This document shows positions 7,882 to 17,537 of a stretch of 64,000 nt of DNA, piece after piece. The stretch is from positions 62,001 through 126,000 of the IMG/VR virus record IMGVR_UViG_3300027969_000039, one strand, 5' to 3'. The stretch's first letter is position 1, and the number at the start of each line of letters is the position of its first letter. The notes under the pieces were generated by a model, which did not search any database, was not told where the DNA came from, and saw only the letters and a list, made by a program, of their open reading frames with translations. A program made the translations under genes and the position numbers.

Positions 7882-9172
7882 TCTGACGAATATTCAGCGG
7901 AAGAGAATCATAGATATCATGCGTGATTCCCGGCGCTGGTGTGTAAATGAAATCACTTACATCAGTAGTAACCAAGTGCTTGCCGTGCATTTTCTTGTAC
8001 ATTTTAAGTACCAATGCCAATGCACAGTTATAAGGTGGAGTCTTGGCATCTTTGCCTTGAATCTTCAACCATGCCTTGTGTGTTTCTGCGGTGATGCTAC
8101 GCAACTCAGGGAAACCAACAAAGAAAGTTTTAACGATAGCATGAATGTCCTTCATGAATTCATCAAACGCTTTGCCCTTCATTGGTACGTTGCCATTCAT
8201 CAGTCCTGCATACAAGTGACCATAGAAACCAAATGCTTGCGAGTCCACTTCTGAACCATGCCAGAATTTATTGTTCATTGAAATAATGAACTTAAACTTA
8301 TCCATGTCATCATCAGTAAAACTAGACAATGCCTTGATATGAGTCAGTGTACCAGCACGACCTGCATGAGCATGATTGGGTGCCATTGGAATTGTATCTT
8401 CACTTTCACAATGAGTTTGTTTCTCGGCAGCTAGTTTGTATTTGTCATTAGGACCATTGTCACCGTACAACCGAAAGCTACGAACATGAACACGATGGTA
8501 GTCAAATTCATCCCAAGGCTTAGAACCTTCACCATTGCGATAGAGACCAGCTAACAGAGAAAAACTTTCTTGGTCAGTATCTACTACCCAGCATGGATAT
8601 TCAAAATCAAGCCAATCTTCGGGGACGTTATCCCAGATACCTTCTTTTGCGAACGAACCAACTACAGTTAGTGTATGCATACTGTCGATAACCAATAGTT
8701 GATTAGTTCCTCGTAGTCGCACGATAAAGATAGGGCTTAGTAAGCGAGGATCAAACCCACTGCTAATTTTAGCACAATGAGGTTTATCCAGTAGACGTTG
8801 TACTTCCTCAGGGATAATTAAAGCACGGAGTTTGTGATTCTCAAATTTAGGAATGTCTATAATTTTAAATTGAATGTTGTTTGCCTGTAAGAAAGCAATA
8901 ACATTTTGAAACTTCTTGTAACCTGAAAGTTCATTAGTCAAATCAATTACATTCTTGTTTTTCAATTGAGATTTAGTCTTAGCCAAAACATTATCTAATT
9001 GACTAATATTTACCTTCTGACGATTTGGACGCCATACTAGTTTAGTCTTTGTAGAGGGGACCGTCGCAATTACCACAGCGGCAGATTGACCATTCAATGC
9101 TGTCACGGAAGTTTTATTAGCGGTTGTTTTTGCTGTTGCTGTTTTTACAGCGGTTGCTTTTACTGTTGCCAT
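7859..9172 (-). CDS. ParB/Srx-like domain protein (tentative)
   Basis: start MATVKAT at 9172 after AAGGA; FDPRLLSPIFIV...VIDSMHT resembles the ParB/DGQH-type core. Confidence 0.5.
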   Translation of the reverse strand: MATVKATAVKTATAKTTANKTSVTALNGQSAAVVIATVPSTKTKLVWRPNRQKVNISQLDNVLAKTKSQLKNKNVIDLTNELSGYKKFQNVIAFLQANNIQFKIIDIPKFENHKLRALIIPEEVQRLLDKPHCAKISSGFDPRLLSPIFIVRLRGTNQLLVIDSMHTLTVVGSFAKEGIWDNVPEDWLDFEYPCWVVDTDQESFSLLAGLYRNGEGSKPWDEFDYHRVHVRSFRLYGDNGPNDKYKLAAEKQTHCESEDTIPMAPNHAHAGRAGTLTHIKALSSFTDDDMDKFKFIISMNNKFWHGSEVDSQAFGFYGHLYAGLMNGNVPMKGKAFDEFMKDIHAIVKTFFVGFPELRSITAETHKAWLKIQGKDAKTPPYNCALALVLKMYKKMHGKHLVTTDVSDFIYTPAPGITHDIYDSLPLNIRQNVGNYTL

Positions 9173-9227
9173 TTTATTTTCCTTAAAAAAGTTTATATTG
9201 CTAAACACCATGTCTAGCAATAACTGC

Positions 9228-9256
9228 ATTATACACGATTTTTTCTTTATTGTCAA
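9228..9256 (-). promoter_or_regulatory. consensus sigma70 promoter
   Basis: TTGACA-N17-TATAAT. Confidence 0.85.
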
Positions 9257-9284
9257 TAACTTTTTGGTTTATTTAACCAAATTG

Positions 9285-9749
9285 TTAGCTGACTTCTGTC
9301 CTCCCATCTCCTAGGTCCTTAGCACGGACCACTCTCATTTCTGAGGCCATTGCTCTATTTTCCGGATCAGCCTGTTGCTGTTCATAGAGTTCAAGTGCTA
9401 CATTGCGACATACCGATTGAAACCAGCGTTCGGCAATGATAGTGTCTGTATCATCATCACGAATCTTATATCCTGCACGAATTAGATTCAGAATGAATTT
9501 ATCATTCCAATCAAGTTCAAACGCCCCAGTGTTAATATCATATGGATCAAGTTCCATCTTTAGTATATTAACATACGGCAAACCAAGTTCATCTGCTTTT
9601 GCTTTGTCAGATACAGTTGGTTGTTCCTTCTGTACCTTAGGTGCCTTAGGTTTGCGAGGTTTCTTTACCTTAGGCACTGCTGGGGGAGGAGCCAATAATT
9701 CCTCTAATGCTTTTTCTTTGCTACCAAAAAATCTATCAAATAGTCCCAT
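9285..9749 (-). CDS. hypothetical phage protein
   Basis: likely start MGLFDRFF at 9749 overlapping the end of uvsE. Confidence 0.7.
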   Translation of the reverse strand: MGLFDRFFGSKEKALEELLAPPPAVPKVKKPRKPKAPKVQKEQPTVSDKAKADELGLPYVNILKMELDPYDINTGAFELDWNDKFILNLIRAGYKIRDDDTDTIIAERWFQSVCRNVALELYEQQQADPENRAMASEMRVVRAKDLGDGRTEVS

Positions 9750-10761
9750 TTTTATATCTCTCAAATAATTTAAAGCTGGCAAGATTCTTTGCCTTTGATT
9801 CACACATTATATCAAAGTTATCACAGAATGTCAATGCCCAATCGTTCACAGCATCGTTCCAATAGTAGTCGCTATGTGCCCTAAGTTTCTGTTTGCTATG
9901 TCCATTTTCTAGCAAACGCTCCAACTCTGGGCGATCAGTAACGGAAAAGTCTCCGAGTACATCTTCGCGGCTAACACTGTAATGCATAGTAGGGCGAACA
10001 CCCCGCCAACTGTCAATAACCCTTTTAACCCTGTCATCAGATGGGTCAATGTATTCTCCTTCACGTATCCAATTATGGTGTATGTCCATGACCGTAGGCA
10101 CGAGGTCAGATAGTGATAAGCAGTCAAGTAGTCCATGTGTATATTCCTCATTCTCTAGTGTAAGTGTGTTTCGGGCTTCGGGTGACAAACGATTGTACAC
10201 ATCACGAATGCCCTGTGGACCTTTACGACCACTGATGTGTACATTAACTTTGAAGTCTTGAAATGTTTTGCCATAGCCCATCCAACGAACCATGTCACAA
10301 TGATATTCAAATTCTTCAATACTCTTATTTACTACTTCTTCACGGTCACTCGCTAAAACTACAAATTGGTCAGGGTGAAAACTAAGACGGACATCATTAG
10401 CCCGTGCAGTCTCGCCGATGGGACTGAACCATCGTGCTAGACTATCTTGCATTGTTTTATCTTGCCAAAAGTCTTGCCAACCATCCATTGTATAGAAGGG
10501 AAGCATGTCCGATGTAAGACGAACCATACGCAATGATGGTTCTAGTGATGACACTTTTTTAACTAGTGCATGAGTATTGAGAATGTTTTGCTTTGATACC
10601 TCAAGTATCTTTTCTTCTGCGGTGCTACGAGATTGTCTATTGATCCATGCACGGGTTGTACCGCCGGTGGTTAGTTCTCTGACAGAACAGACTTCACCTT
10701 TACTGTTTAGTTCACTAAATTTACAAGCAAAGCCTATGCGTTTGATAGATTGATTTGTCAA
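9736..10761 (-). CDS. uvsE: UV damage endonuclease (UvsE/UvdE)
   Basis: RIGFACK, RLSFHPDQF, VHISG, LENEE and DIHH motifs; likely TTG start at 10761. Confidence 0.9.
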   Translation of the reverse strand: MTNQSIKRIGFACKFSELNSKGEVCSVRELTTGGTTRAWINRQSRSTAEEKILEVSKQNILNTHALVKKVSSLEPSLRMVRLTSDMLPFYTMDGWQDFWQDKTMQDSLARWFSPIGETARANDVRLSFHPDQFVVLASDREEVVNKSIEEFEYHCDMVRWMGYGKTFQDFKVNVHISGRKGPQGIRDVYNRLSPEARNTLTLENEEYTHGLLDCLSLSDLVPTVMDIHHNWIREGEYIDPSDDRVKRVIDSWRGVRPTMHYSVSREDVLGDFSVTDRPELERLLENGHSKQKLRAHSDYYWNDAVNDWALTFCDNFDIMCESKAKNLASFKLFERYKNGTI

Positions 10762-10778
10762 GATAAAAGTCCAAAGTG

Positions 10779-10785
10779 ATAAATA
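10779..10785 (+). promoter_or_regulatory. T4-late-like promoter
   Basis: GATAAATA upstream of the plus-strand operon 10841-14840. Confidence 0.55.
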
Positions 10786-10793
10786 ATACATAT

Positions 10794-10822
10794 AGTGTAA
10801 CAGAATTACGCAATAAAGTCAA
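10794..10822 (-). promoter_or_regulatory. sigma70-type promoter for uvsE
   Basis: TTGACT-N17-TACACT. Confidence 0.65.
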
Positions 10823-10840
10823 CTATTTACGGACAACAAC

Positions 10841-12523
10841 ATGAGATTTACCGAATTTATATCTGAGAACGAAAAGCCAGGATTATGGGCAAACATCCAT
10901 GCCAAACGTGACCGAATCAAACATGGATCCGGTGAGCGTATGCGTAAGCCCGGAAGCAAGGGTGCTCCAACAGCAGATGCATTGAGAAAGTCAGCAACTG
11001 ATGAAGCAGCTAATCCAGCACAGCAAGCAGCTATCGCTATCAATATGAAGAAGCATCATCAGAAGCCAAAAGGTGTGGCGGAAAGCGAGTTGGATAAATT
11101 TAAAAAGTATACCAGACCAGTTGTAAAGACTGAACCAAAGATCGAAAGAACAACTAATCCTGCAGGAAGAACAACTGACCATGTTGAATGGAAAGTTACA
11201 AGTCCGACGGGCGAGATTCACAGATATAAATCTAAAAAACAAGCACAAGAGCATTTTGATTCTTTTGGTCAGCAAGGTGTGGCGGAAGGCGACATGTATG
11301 GCGATCAAGAAGTAAGTTGGGAAAAAGGTGGTCGTAGAGCCCCAACTGGTGCATTTAAAAATCCTCATACCAGCGCATTAGGTCGAGCATTATATCGTGA
11401 CCTCAGCAAGCAACCTAAATTAAGCCCGCAACAAGTCCAACGCAACAAAGAGCGTTGGGCACAGCGTCAAGCGGAGCGTGAGCAAGGTGTGGCGGAAGGC
11501 TCTGAAACACCACAACAGCAACAAGTTCGTGCTGCAATTACTAAAGGCATGGAAAAATGGGATAGTAATAATAAGGCTACATATCAGAGTCAACCAACTA
11601 AAACTAATTATATGCCACCCAGCGGTTACGCTAGCGATTCATTGACAGGAGTAGATTCCATTGATCCTGATGGTACCGTGGTCATATCTCTTGGAAATAC
11701 TGGTGCCGAAGCCACAATTAAAAAATTAGCAACATTAGGTGGTATGCCCGGCATTAAAACTAGACAACTGCAATCACCAACCGTTTCATCTAGAGGTGTG
11801 GCGGAAGGCAGAAAGCCATTTCGTGATTTAAAATCTTGGGCTGACCACGCAAAATCACAAGGATTGAAAGTAAGCCCATCTGATCACATTGATTGGACAC
11901 ACGATGCTACTGATAAAGAAGGTAAGGTGCGTGGTAGATTTGTGACTACTAGTGTCCCACAAAATAGTCGAGGATTCATCCACCAGCAAGGTGTGGCGGA
12001 GGGAGAGAGTACTATTCTTTCTCCTGGAACACAAGTTACAGTACCTCACAAGGGAAAAATGGTTTCAGGTAAAATCGTTAGATATGATTCAGGCAAAGGT
12101 ATAGAGTCCCCAGCATATATTGTTGATATCAGCGAATACGAATCACTCATCGTTCCAGTTTCTAGAGTGAAGCAAGACATGGATGAAGGCGAGAATTGGT
12201 CAAAGCACAATAACAAACGTGCAGGCGGGATGAGTAAAAAGAGTGTAGCCAGTTATCGCCGCAGTCATCCTGGAAGCAAGATTCAAACAGCAGTCACAAC
12301 TAAGCCTAGTAAATTAAAGAAGGGCAGTAAGGCAGCAAAACGCCGTGCTAGCTTCTGTGCTAGAATGCGTGGCATGAAGAAACATCGTACTGGTGCGAAA
12401 ACAGCACACGATCCAAACAGCAACATAAATAAAAGTTTGCGTAGATGGCATTGCGAAAGTATTGAAGAACTACACGAATTAGTAATGCTTGCCGAACAAT
12501 TTATTAGGAACAATAAGAAATGA
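10841..12523 (+). CDS. modular putative internal-head polyprotein with GVAE-delimited modules
   Basis: N-terminus MRFTEFISE; five GVAE(G/S) joints separating unrelated 65-103-aa segments. Confidence 0.75.
   Translation: MRFTEFISENEKPGLWANIHAKRDRIKHGSGERMRKPGSKGAPTADALRKSATDEAANPAQQAAIAINMKKHHQKPKGVAESELDKFKKYTRPVVKTEPKIERTTNPAGRTTDHVEWKVTSPTGEIHRYKSKKQAQEHFDSFGQQGVAEGDMYGDQEVSWEKGGRRAPTGAFKNPHTSALGRALYRDLSKQPKLSPQQVQRNKERWAQRQAEREQGVAEGSETPQQQQVRAAITKGMEKWDSNNKATYQSQPTKTNYMPPSGYASDSLTGVDSIDPDGTVVISLGNTGAEATIKKLATLGGMPGIKTRQLQSPTVSSRGVAEGRKPFRDLKSWADHAKSQGLKVSPSDHIDWTHDATDKEGKVRGRFVTTSVPQNSRGFIHQQGVAEGESTILSPGTQVTVPHKGKMVSGKIVRYDSGKGIESPAYIVDISEYESLIVPVSRVKQDMDEGENWSKHNNKRAGGMSKKSVASYRRSHPGSKIQTAVTTKPSKLKKGSKAAKRRASFCARMRGMKKHRTGAKTAHDPNSNINKSLRRWHCESIEELHELVMLAEQFIRNNKK
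11072..12001 (+). repeat. five in-frame direct repeats GGTGTGGCGGA(A/G)
   Basis: copies start at 11072, 11276, 11486, 11795 and 11990; spacings 204, 210, 309 and 195 nt; three copies extend to AGCAAGGTGTGGCGGA. Confidence 0.95.
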
Positions 12524-13098
12524 AAAAACTACTAACGATACTTGCATTGACCTTCTTTGGTTCTGCATTTGCCGGAGAGATTACAGTATGTGATGGACAG
12601 TATGCATTATGTGCTGCTAGTACTTGCAAACCAACTAACAAAACAATTACTGGTAATAACGGCGTAGCATACCCAGAAGTAGAATGCCGTTGCCCAATAC
12701 TTAAAGGTCGTGCTATCGCTGATACATCAGCAGGTAACATGCAAGGTTCATGTGCTGCAACTGATGATAAACATGTTTGGAGTTTGTTTGCTCCTAAACT
12801 TTACTACCCACAAGAGGCTAGCAATTTTAGCAACAAACCAAAAGATAAAAAAGTAACTATACAAAAGTGTGATGCTAGTTTGAATCTAGGTGCAAAGTCT
12901 AGCAATTGCTTTAGTTGGAATTGTACGATAGGTAGTGATGGTATTGCACTATGCTCATGCCCAACTGGTCAAGTACCGGCAAATACTGCATTTTTAACAG
13001 AAGCAGGTCAAGGTAACCCAGAAGCATGTTCACAATACCCAGTAAGTTTACCAATCAAAGCGCAAGATAAGGCTGAAGCTAAGGAAGCAAAAAAATGA
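12520..13098 (+). CDS. secreted Cys-rich protein with internal duplication
   Basis: Sec signal ending AFA; 12 Cys in two halves, each with C-x4-C and CxCP. Confidence 0.7.
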   Translation: MKKLLTILALTFFGSAFAGEITVCDGQYALCAASTCKPTNKTITGNNGVAYPEVECRCPILKGRAIADTSAGNMQGSCAATDDKHVWSLFAPKLYYPQEASNFSNKPKDKKVTIQKCDASLNLGAKSSNCFSWNCTIGSDGIALCSCPTGQVPANTAFLTEAGQGNPEACSQYPVSLPIKAQDKAEAKEAKK

Positions 13099-14840
13099 AC
13101 TTTAAAGAATTACACGAAGGCGCAGAGCCAAATATGCCTGGTGCCCCTAGTGGCATCAAGATTATGACACCTCAGCAGTTCGTTGCTAGTGCAGGTGATT
13201 CAAAATCTGATGAAGAGGTATCAGAAGGCGGTAATGCATTCATGCCAGGCATACAAAATACGGCAGAATACAAAGCAGGTTTTGCAACAGGCAAGTTACC
13301 AGTTCCATATCCTGAAGGTACACAACAATATGCTAGCTATTACAAAGGAGTGATTGATAAGTCTACCCCTAATTTAAATAAAGGTACAGCAGGAAATTCG
13401 TTGACTGAATTTGCCCCTAGTGATGACGGTGATGATGGATTTAGTGAAGAAACACTAAAAGGTCTTGCAGCGCAATGGTGGAATGGTGATGAAGATCCTC
13501 GTGTAGAAAAATTATTGATGGCTGCAGGTTGGGAGATTGGTCAAGATGATGGGTATGACAACGGTGGTGTGTTTGTGGTGCGAGCCGGTGATGACAGTGG
13601 TCATAGTTATCTCAGTTGGCCAGCAGAAGAACTAAATCCTAATTTATCAGAAACACATTTAAATAGAATTCGTAGCTTATCTGGATTAGTTGAAGCAACT
13701 AAACTACCAGCACAAACTCGTGATTTGGATAGTCAAGAATTTCAAGACTATATGAAGCGTATCGTTGGTACACCTGATTTAGACAAAGAAGGTAATGTTA
13801 AAGTAGATAAAAAAGGTAACGAAAAGTATACTACTGGCAAGACCAAAGGTGACAAATACAAGATGCCTTACATCCATCGTAGTAGTGTAGTTACATACTT
13901 AAGCCCAGATGGTAAAACATATGATGAAGATGCAGTTAAACAAACATTAGCAATTCGTCCTAAATCATTATTAAAGCAAAATGAAAAGATGAAACATAGC
14001 AATGGTGAGTTTGAACAATTCTTCAATGTTGGATTTGCAGCATTAGTAGGAATTGCATTAGATGAACAAACTAATAAATTAATCATTGTTAATACTTGTC
14101 CAGGCGCTGGCTCTTGTAAAGTAGAGTGCTTTGCTATGAAAGGCGGCAAGATTCAATTCAAGGCTGCATGGCAAAGTGACGGAAGAATACTAACATATCT
14201 ATTAAATGATCCTGATGGTTTCTTCAATCAACTAAGTAGTGAAATATCTGCTGAGGCACAAGCAGCAGCAAAGGGTGATAAGAAATTCCCTAATGGTTGG
14301 CAAACAACAGTTCGCTGGCATGATGCTGGTGACTTCTTTAGTCCAGAATATTTAGACATGGCATTGAAGATGGCTGCTAAACATCCTGATGTTAAGTTCT
14401 ATGCTTATACTAAAATGGCTGGAGCAGCATTAGCGGATAAGCCAGACAACTTCATTATCAATTGGAGTGAAGGTGCTAACACTGCACAAGAGAAACAAAT
14501 CAAAGCACAAGATCCTAAGTTAGATAAAACAAAGAACAGTCGCATCGTTCCAGAGAAACTATTCTATGACTTATTGGCTAAGGACGAGAAGGGCAATTTA
14601 GCAAAGACTCCAGATGGTGCATGGCAACCTGCAGGGCCGCAAGAATTACAACAAATGAAACAGCGTATTGCAACAGAATACGGTATTAGTGCTAACTCTA
14701 TTTTGAGTTATACTGAGTACATGGCTAAGAGAAATTCAATCCCAGCTGGAATGAAGTACAATGTTATTGTTGCACCAGGTGAAGGTGATGTTAGTGCTAA
14801 CGACCCAGGCGTACTAAGTACCTTATTGCTAAGACATTAA
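13095..14840 (+). CDS. modular protein with C-terminal Gp88-like (Cys-cluster) domain
   Basis: MNFKELHEG leader; short modules; then CPGAGSCKVECFA, RWHDAGDF and FYAYTK motifs. Confidence 0.65.
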   Translation: MNFKELHEGAEPNMPGAPSGIKIMTPQQFVASAGDSKSDEEVSEGGNAFMPGIQNTAEYKAGFATGKLPVPYPEGTQQYASYYKGVIDKSTPNLNKGTAGNSLTEFAPSDDGDDGFSEETLKGLAAQWWNGDEDPRVEKLLMAAGWEIGQDDGYDNGGVFVVRAGDDSGHSYLSWPAEELNPNLSETHLNRIRSLSGLVEATKLPAQTRDLDSQEFQDYMKRIVGTPDLDKEGNVKVDKKGNEKYTTGKTKGDKYKMPYIHRSSVVTYLSPDGKTYDEDAVKQTLAIRPKSLLKQNEKMKHSNGEFEQFFNVGFAALVGIALDEQTNKLIIVNTCPGAGSCKVECFAMKGGKIQFKAAWQSDGRILTYLLNDPDGFFNQLSSEISAEAQAAAKGDKKFPNGWQTTVRWHDAGDFFSPEYLDMALKMAAKHPDVKFYAYTKMAGAALADKPDNFIINWSEGANTAQEKQIKAQDPKLDKTKNSRIVPEKLFYDLLAKDEKGNLAKTPDGAWQPAGPQELQQMKQRIATEYGISANSILSYTEYMAKRNSIPAGMKYNVIVAPGEGDVSANDPGVLSTLLLRH

Positions 14841-15661
14841 ACTTTAAGTATTTCTTCCAAAGAGTATAACTCTTTCATATAGGGTGACACATTATCTAAT
14901 ACAGATATTGTTAAGTCACCCTTTCTTCTTGGGCCGTGTTTTACATCAAAGTCAGCATCATTGACCTTCTTGTATAGATCAACAATCTGTCTAACTGAAC
15001 GACCTATACCGTGACCTAATGATTCTATTTGATTGCTTGGTTTCTCAATTGCAGTATGTAATGCATCACATATCTCATTAACATGCACATAGTCACGAAT
15101 GCAAGTTCCATCAAATGTATTATAATCTGTACCAAAGATAGTAAACTCACCCTTGTCTTTTGCCTGCATTAAATTGTGCATCAATCCATCTGGATTGGTT
15201 GGCGCAAATCCATCGCTACCAATTACATTGTAGAATCTAAAGATAGTATATGGTGTAGGTCTATGCTGTGTACAATATTCACGCACAACATCTTCTGCGG
15301 CACGTTTACTTATACCATATGCACTAGCACAACCTTCTGCTGCACCAGTACTAGCAAATATAAAGTTCTTTGTTTTTATCTTGTTGATGACATTCATTGT
15401 GCCATTTAAGTTAGTGATGTAATATTGAATAGGAATTTGTTCACTTTCACCTACATTAACTAATGCAGCCAAATGAATTATTGCGTCAAATTCAATTGAT
15501 AAGTCAATTAGTTTGCGTATATCATGTTGATAGAATTCACGCAATCCGTCAGCTTGTGGAATATTGATATCTAGTCCATGCACTTCATACTTGTCAGCTA
15601 ACATCTTAATTAGATGACTACCAATATATCCTGAACAACCTGTTATTAATATTTTTTTCAT
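14837..15661 (-). CDS. NAD-dependent epimerase (GalE-like)
   Basis: GCSGYIG Rossmann motif; YGISK catalytic motif; RDYVHV. Confidence 0.9.
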   Translation of the reverse strand: MKKILITGCSGYIGSHLIKMLADKYEVHGLDINIPQADGLREFYQHDIRKLIDLSIEFDAIIHLAALVNVGESEQIPIQYYITNLNGTMNVINKIKTKNFIFASTGAAEGCASAYGISKRAAEDVVREYCTQHRPTPYTIFRFYNVIGSDGFAPTNPDGLMHNLMQAKDKGEFTIFGTDYNTFDGTCIRDYVHVNEICDALHTAIEKPSNQIESLGHGIGRSVRQIVDLYKKVNDADFDVKHGPRRKGDLTISVLDNVSPYMKELYSLEEILKV

Positions 15662-17016
15662 GTAAATGAAAACAGACTTTCGCCTGTCTCTTCCTCTGTT
15701 GGTTTGTATGTTGGGTCTTTACTTAGATAACTATTATCATCTGTGTATATATTAACAATAAATTTGTAACGGTTAGCCAACACACTTTCAAAATCTTCAC
15801 GGGCTAAATGACTACGATTCAATTCTTTGATATAGTCACGGTAGCATATTGTATCATAATTATTAATCTTTGCTGCATTTGTATTGCTGCGTTTTGCTAC
15901 AAAATCATCTAAGAACTTTATCCAACCTTGTGCAGTATCATCATCTAGTTTTTTGATATAGTCTAATGCACCAGTATTGTAATAGTTGTCAACAATATAT
16001 AACATACTAATTAGATTGCTAGCGTTTGCTAGTTTCTCTTTATAGAAATATTTTTCATCAAAGTTATCAGACCATTCTTGATTGTCTAATACAACGCATG
16101 GCATATGACCAAGACATTCACTAAACGCAAAAGGATAATTTTCACCTAATGCTGGCATAAAGAATACTTTACAACTCTTAATGAAGTCTACCTTTTCTTG
16201 TCCTACAATAGCTACTTTAATTTCATAGTCTGTAATACCTGCTTCACTAAATGCTTTCTCAAACTTCTTAGCACCAGTACTATTAGTCATTACTTTGCAA
16301 GGTAAACCTGTTTCTTTCATTACTTTAATATAAGCGGACGGGTTCTTGCGTTCTTCCCATCGTCCAATAAACAATACACCACTACGAGGTCCATTGTTAG
16401 GTTCAAGCAATTTTCTCTCACTTAATGGCATACGCAATAGTGATACATTCTTTGCACCATACTTAGTCATCTCATCAACATTCTTTTGACTTTGTGTTCC
16501 TACAAAACTATGTGATAGTTCCATATGCTTGTTAAAGAAGTTATGATATTCATCTAAGCATACATCACTAAAGTCTTGTTCATCACGGAACACCATGCTA
16601 TATGAATGAGTATAGAATACAACTGGAATATACTTACCTATTCCCATTGCATAAGCAGCACTCATTGCCTCTTGCGTGTTACACACTAGCATATCATAGA
16701 TATTAGACTCAAAAGCAAGCATGAGACTTTTTCTAAAGTTAACCATCTTTTCAAAATTGATACTATCACTAAATGCAAATGTACCTGTATGATCTGAATA
16801 GCGTATACCAGAATCTGTATATATGATATTTGCACCCAATGACTTAACCAATGTAGCTAAATCGTTTGTTGGTTCTTTATCTAATATGATATCAACTTTC
16901 CAGTTGATACGATCTCCTAGTTCAGTAAATCCCTTAGCAAATTGACCTATACCACCATGTGTTATAAAGTGCTGATCACTAATTAAAAATCCAATACGTT
17001 TATTATATATCCGCAT
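15658..17016 (-). CDS. GT-B (GT4-like) glycosyltransferase
   Basis: GGIGQF, FIGRWEERKNP and ENYPFAFSE (E-x7-E). Confidence 0.8.
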   Translation of the reverse strand: MRIYNKRIGFLISDQHFITHGGIGQFAKGFTELGDRINWKVDIILDKEPTNDLATLVKSLGANIIYTDSGIRYSDHTGTFAFSDSINFEKMVNFRKSLMLAFESNIYDMLVCNTQEAMSAAYAMGIGKYIPVVFYTHSYSMVFRDEQDFSDVCLDEYHNFFNKHMELSHSFVGTQSQKNVDEMTKYGAKNVSLLRMPLSERKLLEPNNGPRSGVLFIGRWEERKNPSAYIKVMKETGLPCKVMTNSTGAKKFEKAFSEAGITDYEIKVAIVGQEKVDFIKSCKVFFMPALGENYPFAFSECLGHMPCVVLDNQEWSDNFDEKYFYKEKLANASNLISMLYIVDNYYNTGALDYIKKLDDDTAQGWIKFLDDFVAKRSNTNAAKINNYDTICYRDYIKELNRSHLAREDFESVLANRYKFIVNIYTDDNSYLSKDPTYKPTEEETGESLFSFT

Positions 17017-17200
17017 TCCATACCTCATCTACAGCCGGGACAGTAATCCATTCAGTTAATTCTTTTCTAATTAGAAATGAACCTGTTCTTGGATTTGTTA
17101 TGCTGTAATCTGTTATTTCACGTTCATAACGATATTGCAATATCTTCTCTGGACCTTCTTCCCAATTGGGTGTAACAAGCCAACGCATCTCAAATTTCAT
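17003..17200 (-). CDS. hypothetical protein
   Basis: 65-aa ORF. Confidence 0.6.
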   Translation of the reverse strand: MKFEMRWLVTPNWEEGPEKILQYRYEREITDYSITNPRTGSFLIRKELTEWITVPAVDEVWNADI

Positions 17201-17442
17201 ATTAAATCCTTTAATCTTGCTATTAAATATTCATCTTTATCGTACCAACGATGTTCATACAACCAATCTGTATCACCTGCTCTGTATCCTGCGGTAATAC
17301 AATATGCATTCTCTAACCACATTGTACGCTTTGTTATATGGCATTGTCTAGGCAATAGGGTAAACTTTAATTTTCTACCCATAATACATTTTTTAAAATG
17401 ATAATCACCGGCTGTTTGTGTAGTCCAATCACTTGAGGGCAT
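17197..17442 (-). CDS. hypothetical protein
   Basis: 81-aa ORF. Confidence 0.6.
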   Translation of the reverse strand: MPSSDWTTQTAGDYHFKKCIMGRKLKFTLLPRQCHITKRTMWLENAYCITAGYRAGDTDWLYEHRWYDKDEYLIARLKDLI

Positions 17443-17537
17443 TATTCTCTATCCACTCTAGCATTTACATTAGCACGATGTGCCATATAGAATACCGCTA
17501 CTATGTATCCAAGTAAGAATCCCCAGAAGAATGTCAT
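17442..17537 (-). CDS. 31-aa membrane peptide (not in ORF track)
   Basis: MTFFWGFLLGYIVAVFYMAHRANVNARVDRE* fills the gap exactly. Confidence 0.5.
   Translation of the reverse strand: MTFFWGFLLGYIVAVFYMAHRANVNARVDRE

Noticed and set aside
11072-12001. CRISPR array interpretation of the GGTGTGGCGGAA repeats
   Set aside because: Repeats are 12-20 nt, spacers are 195-309 nt and in frame within a CDS; no cas genes are seen.
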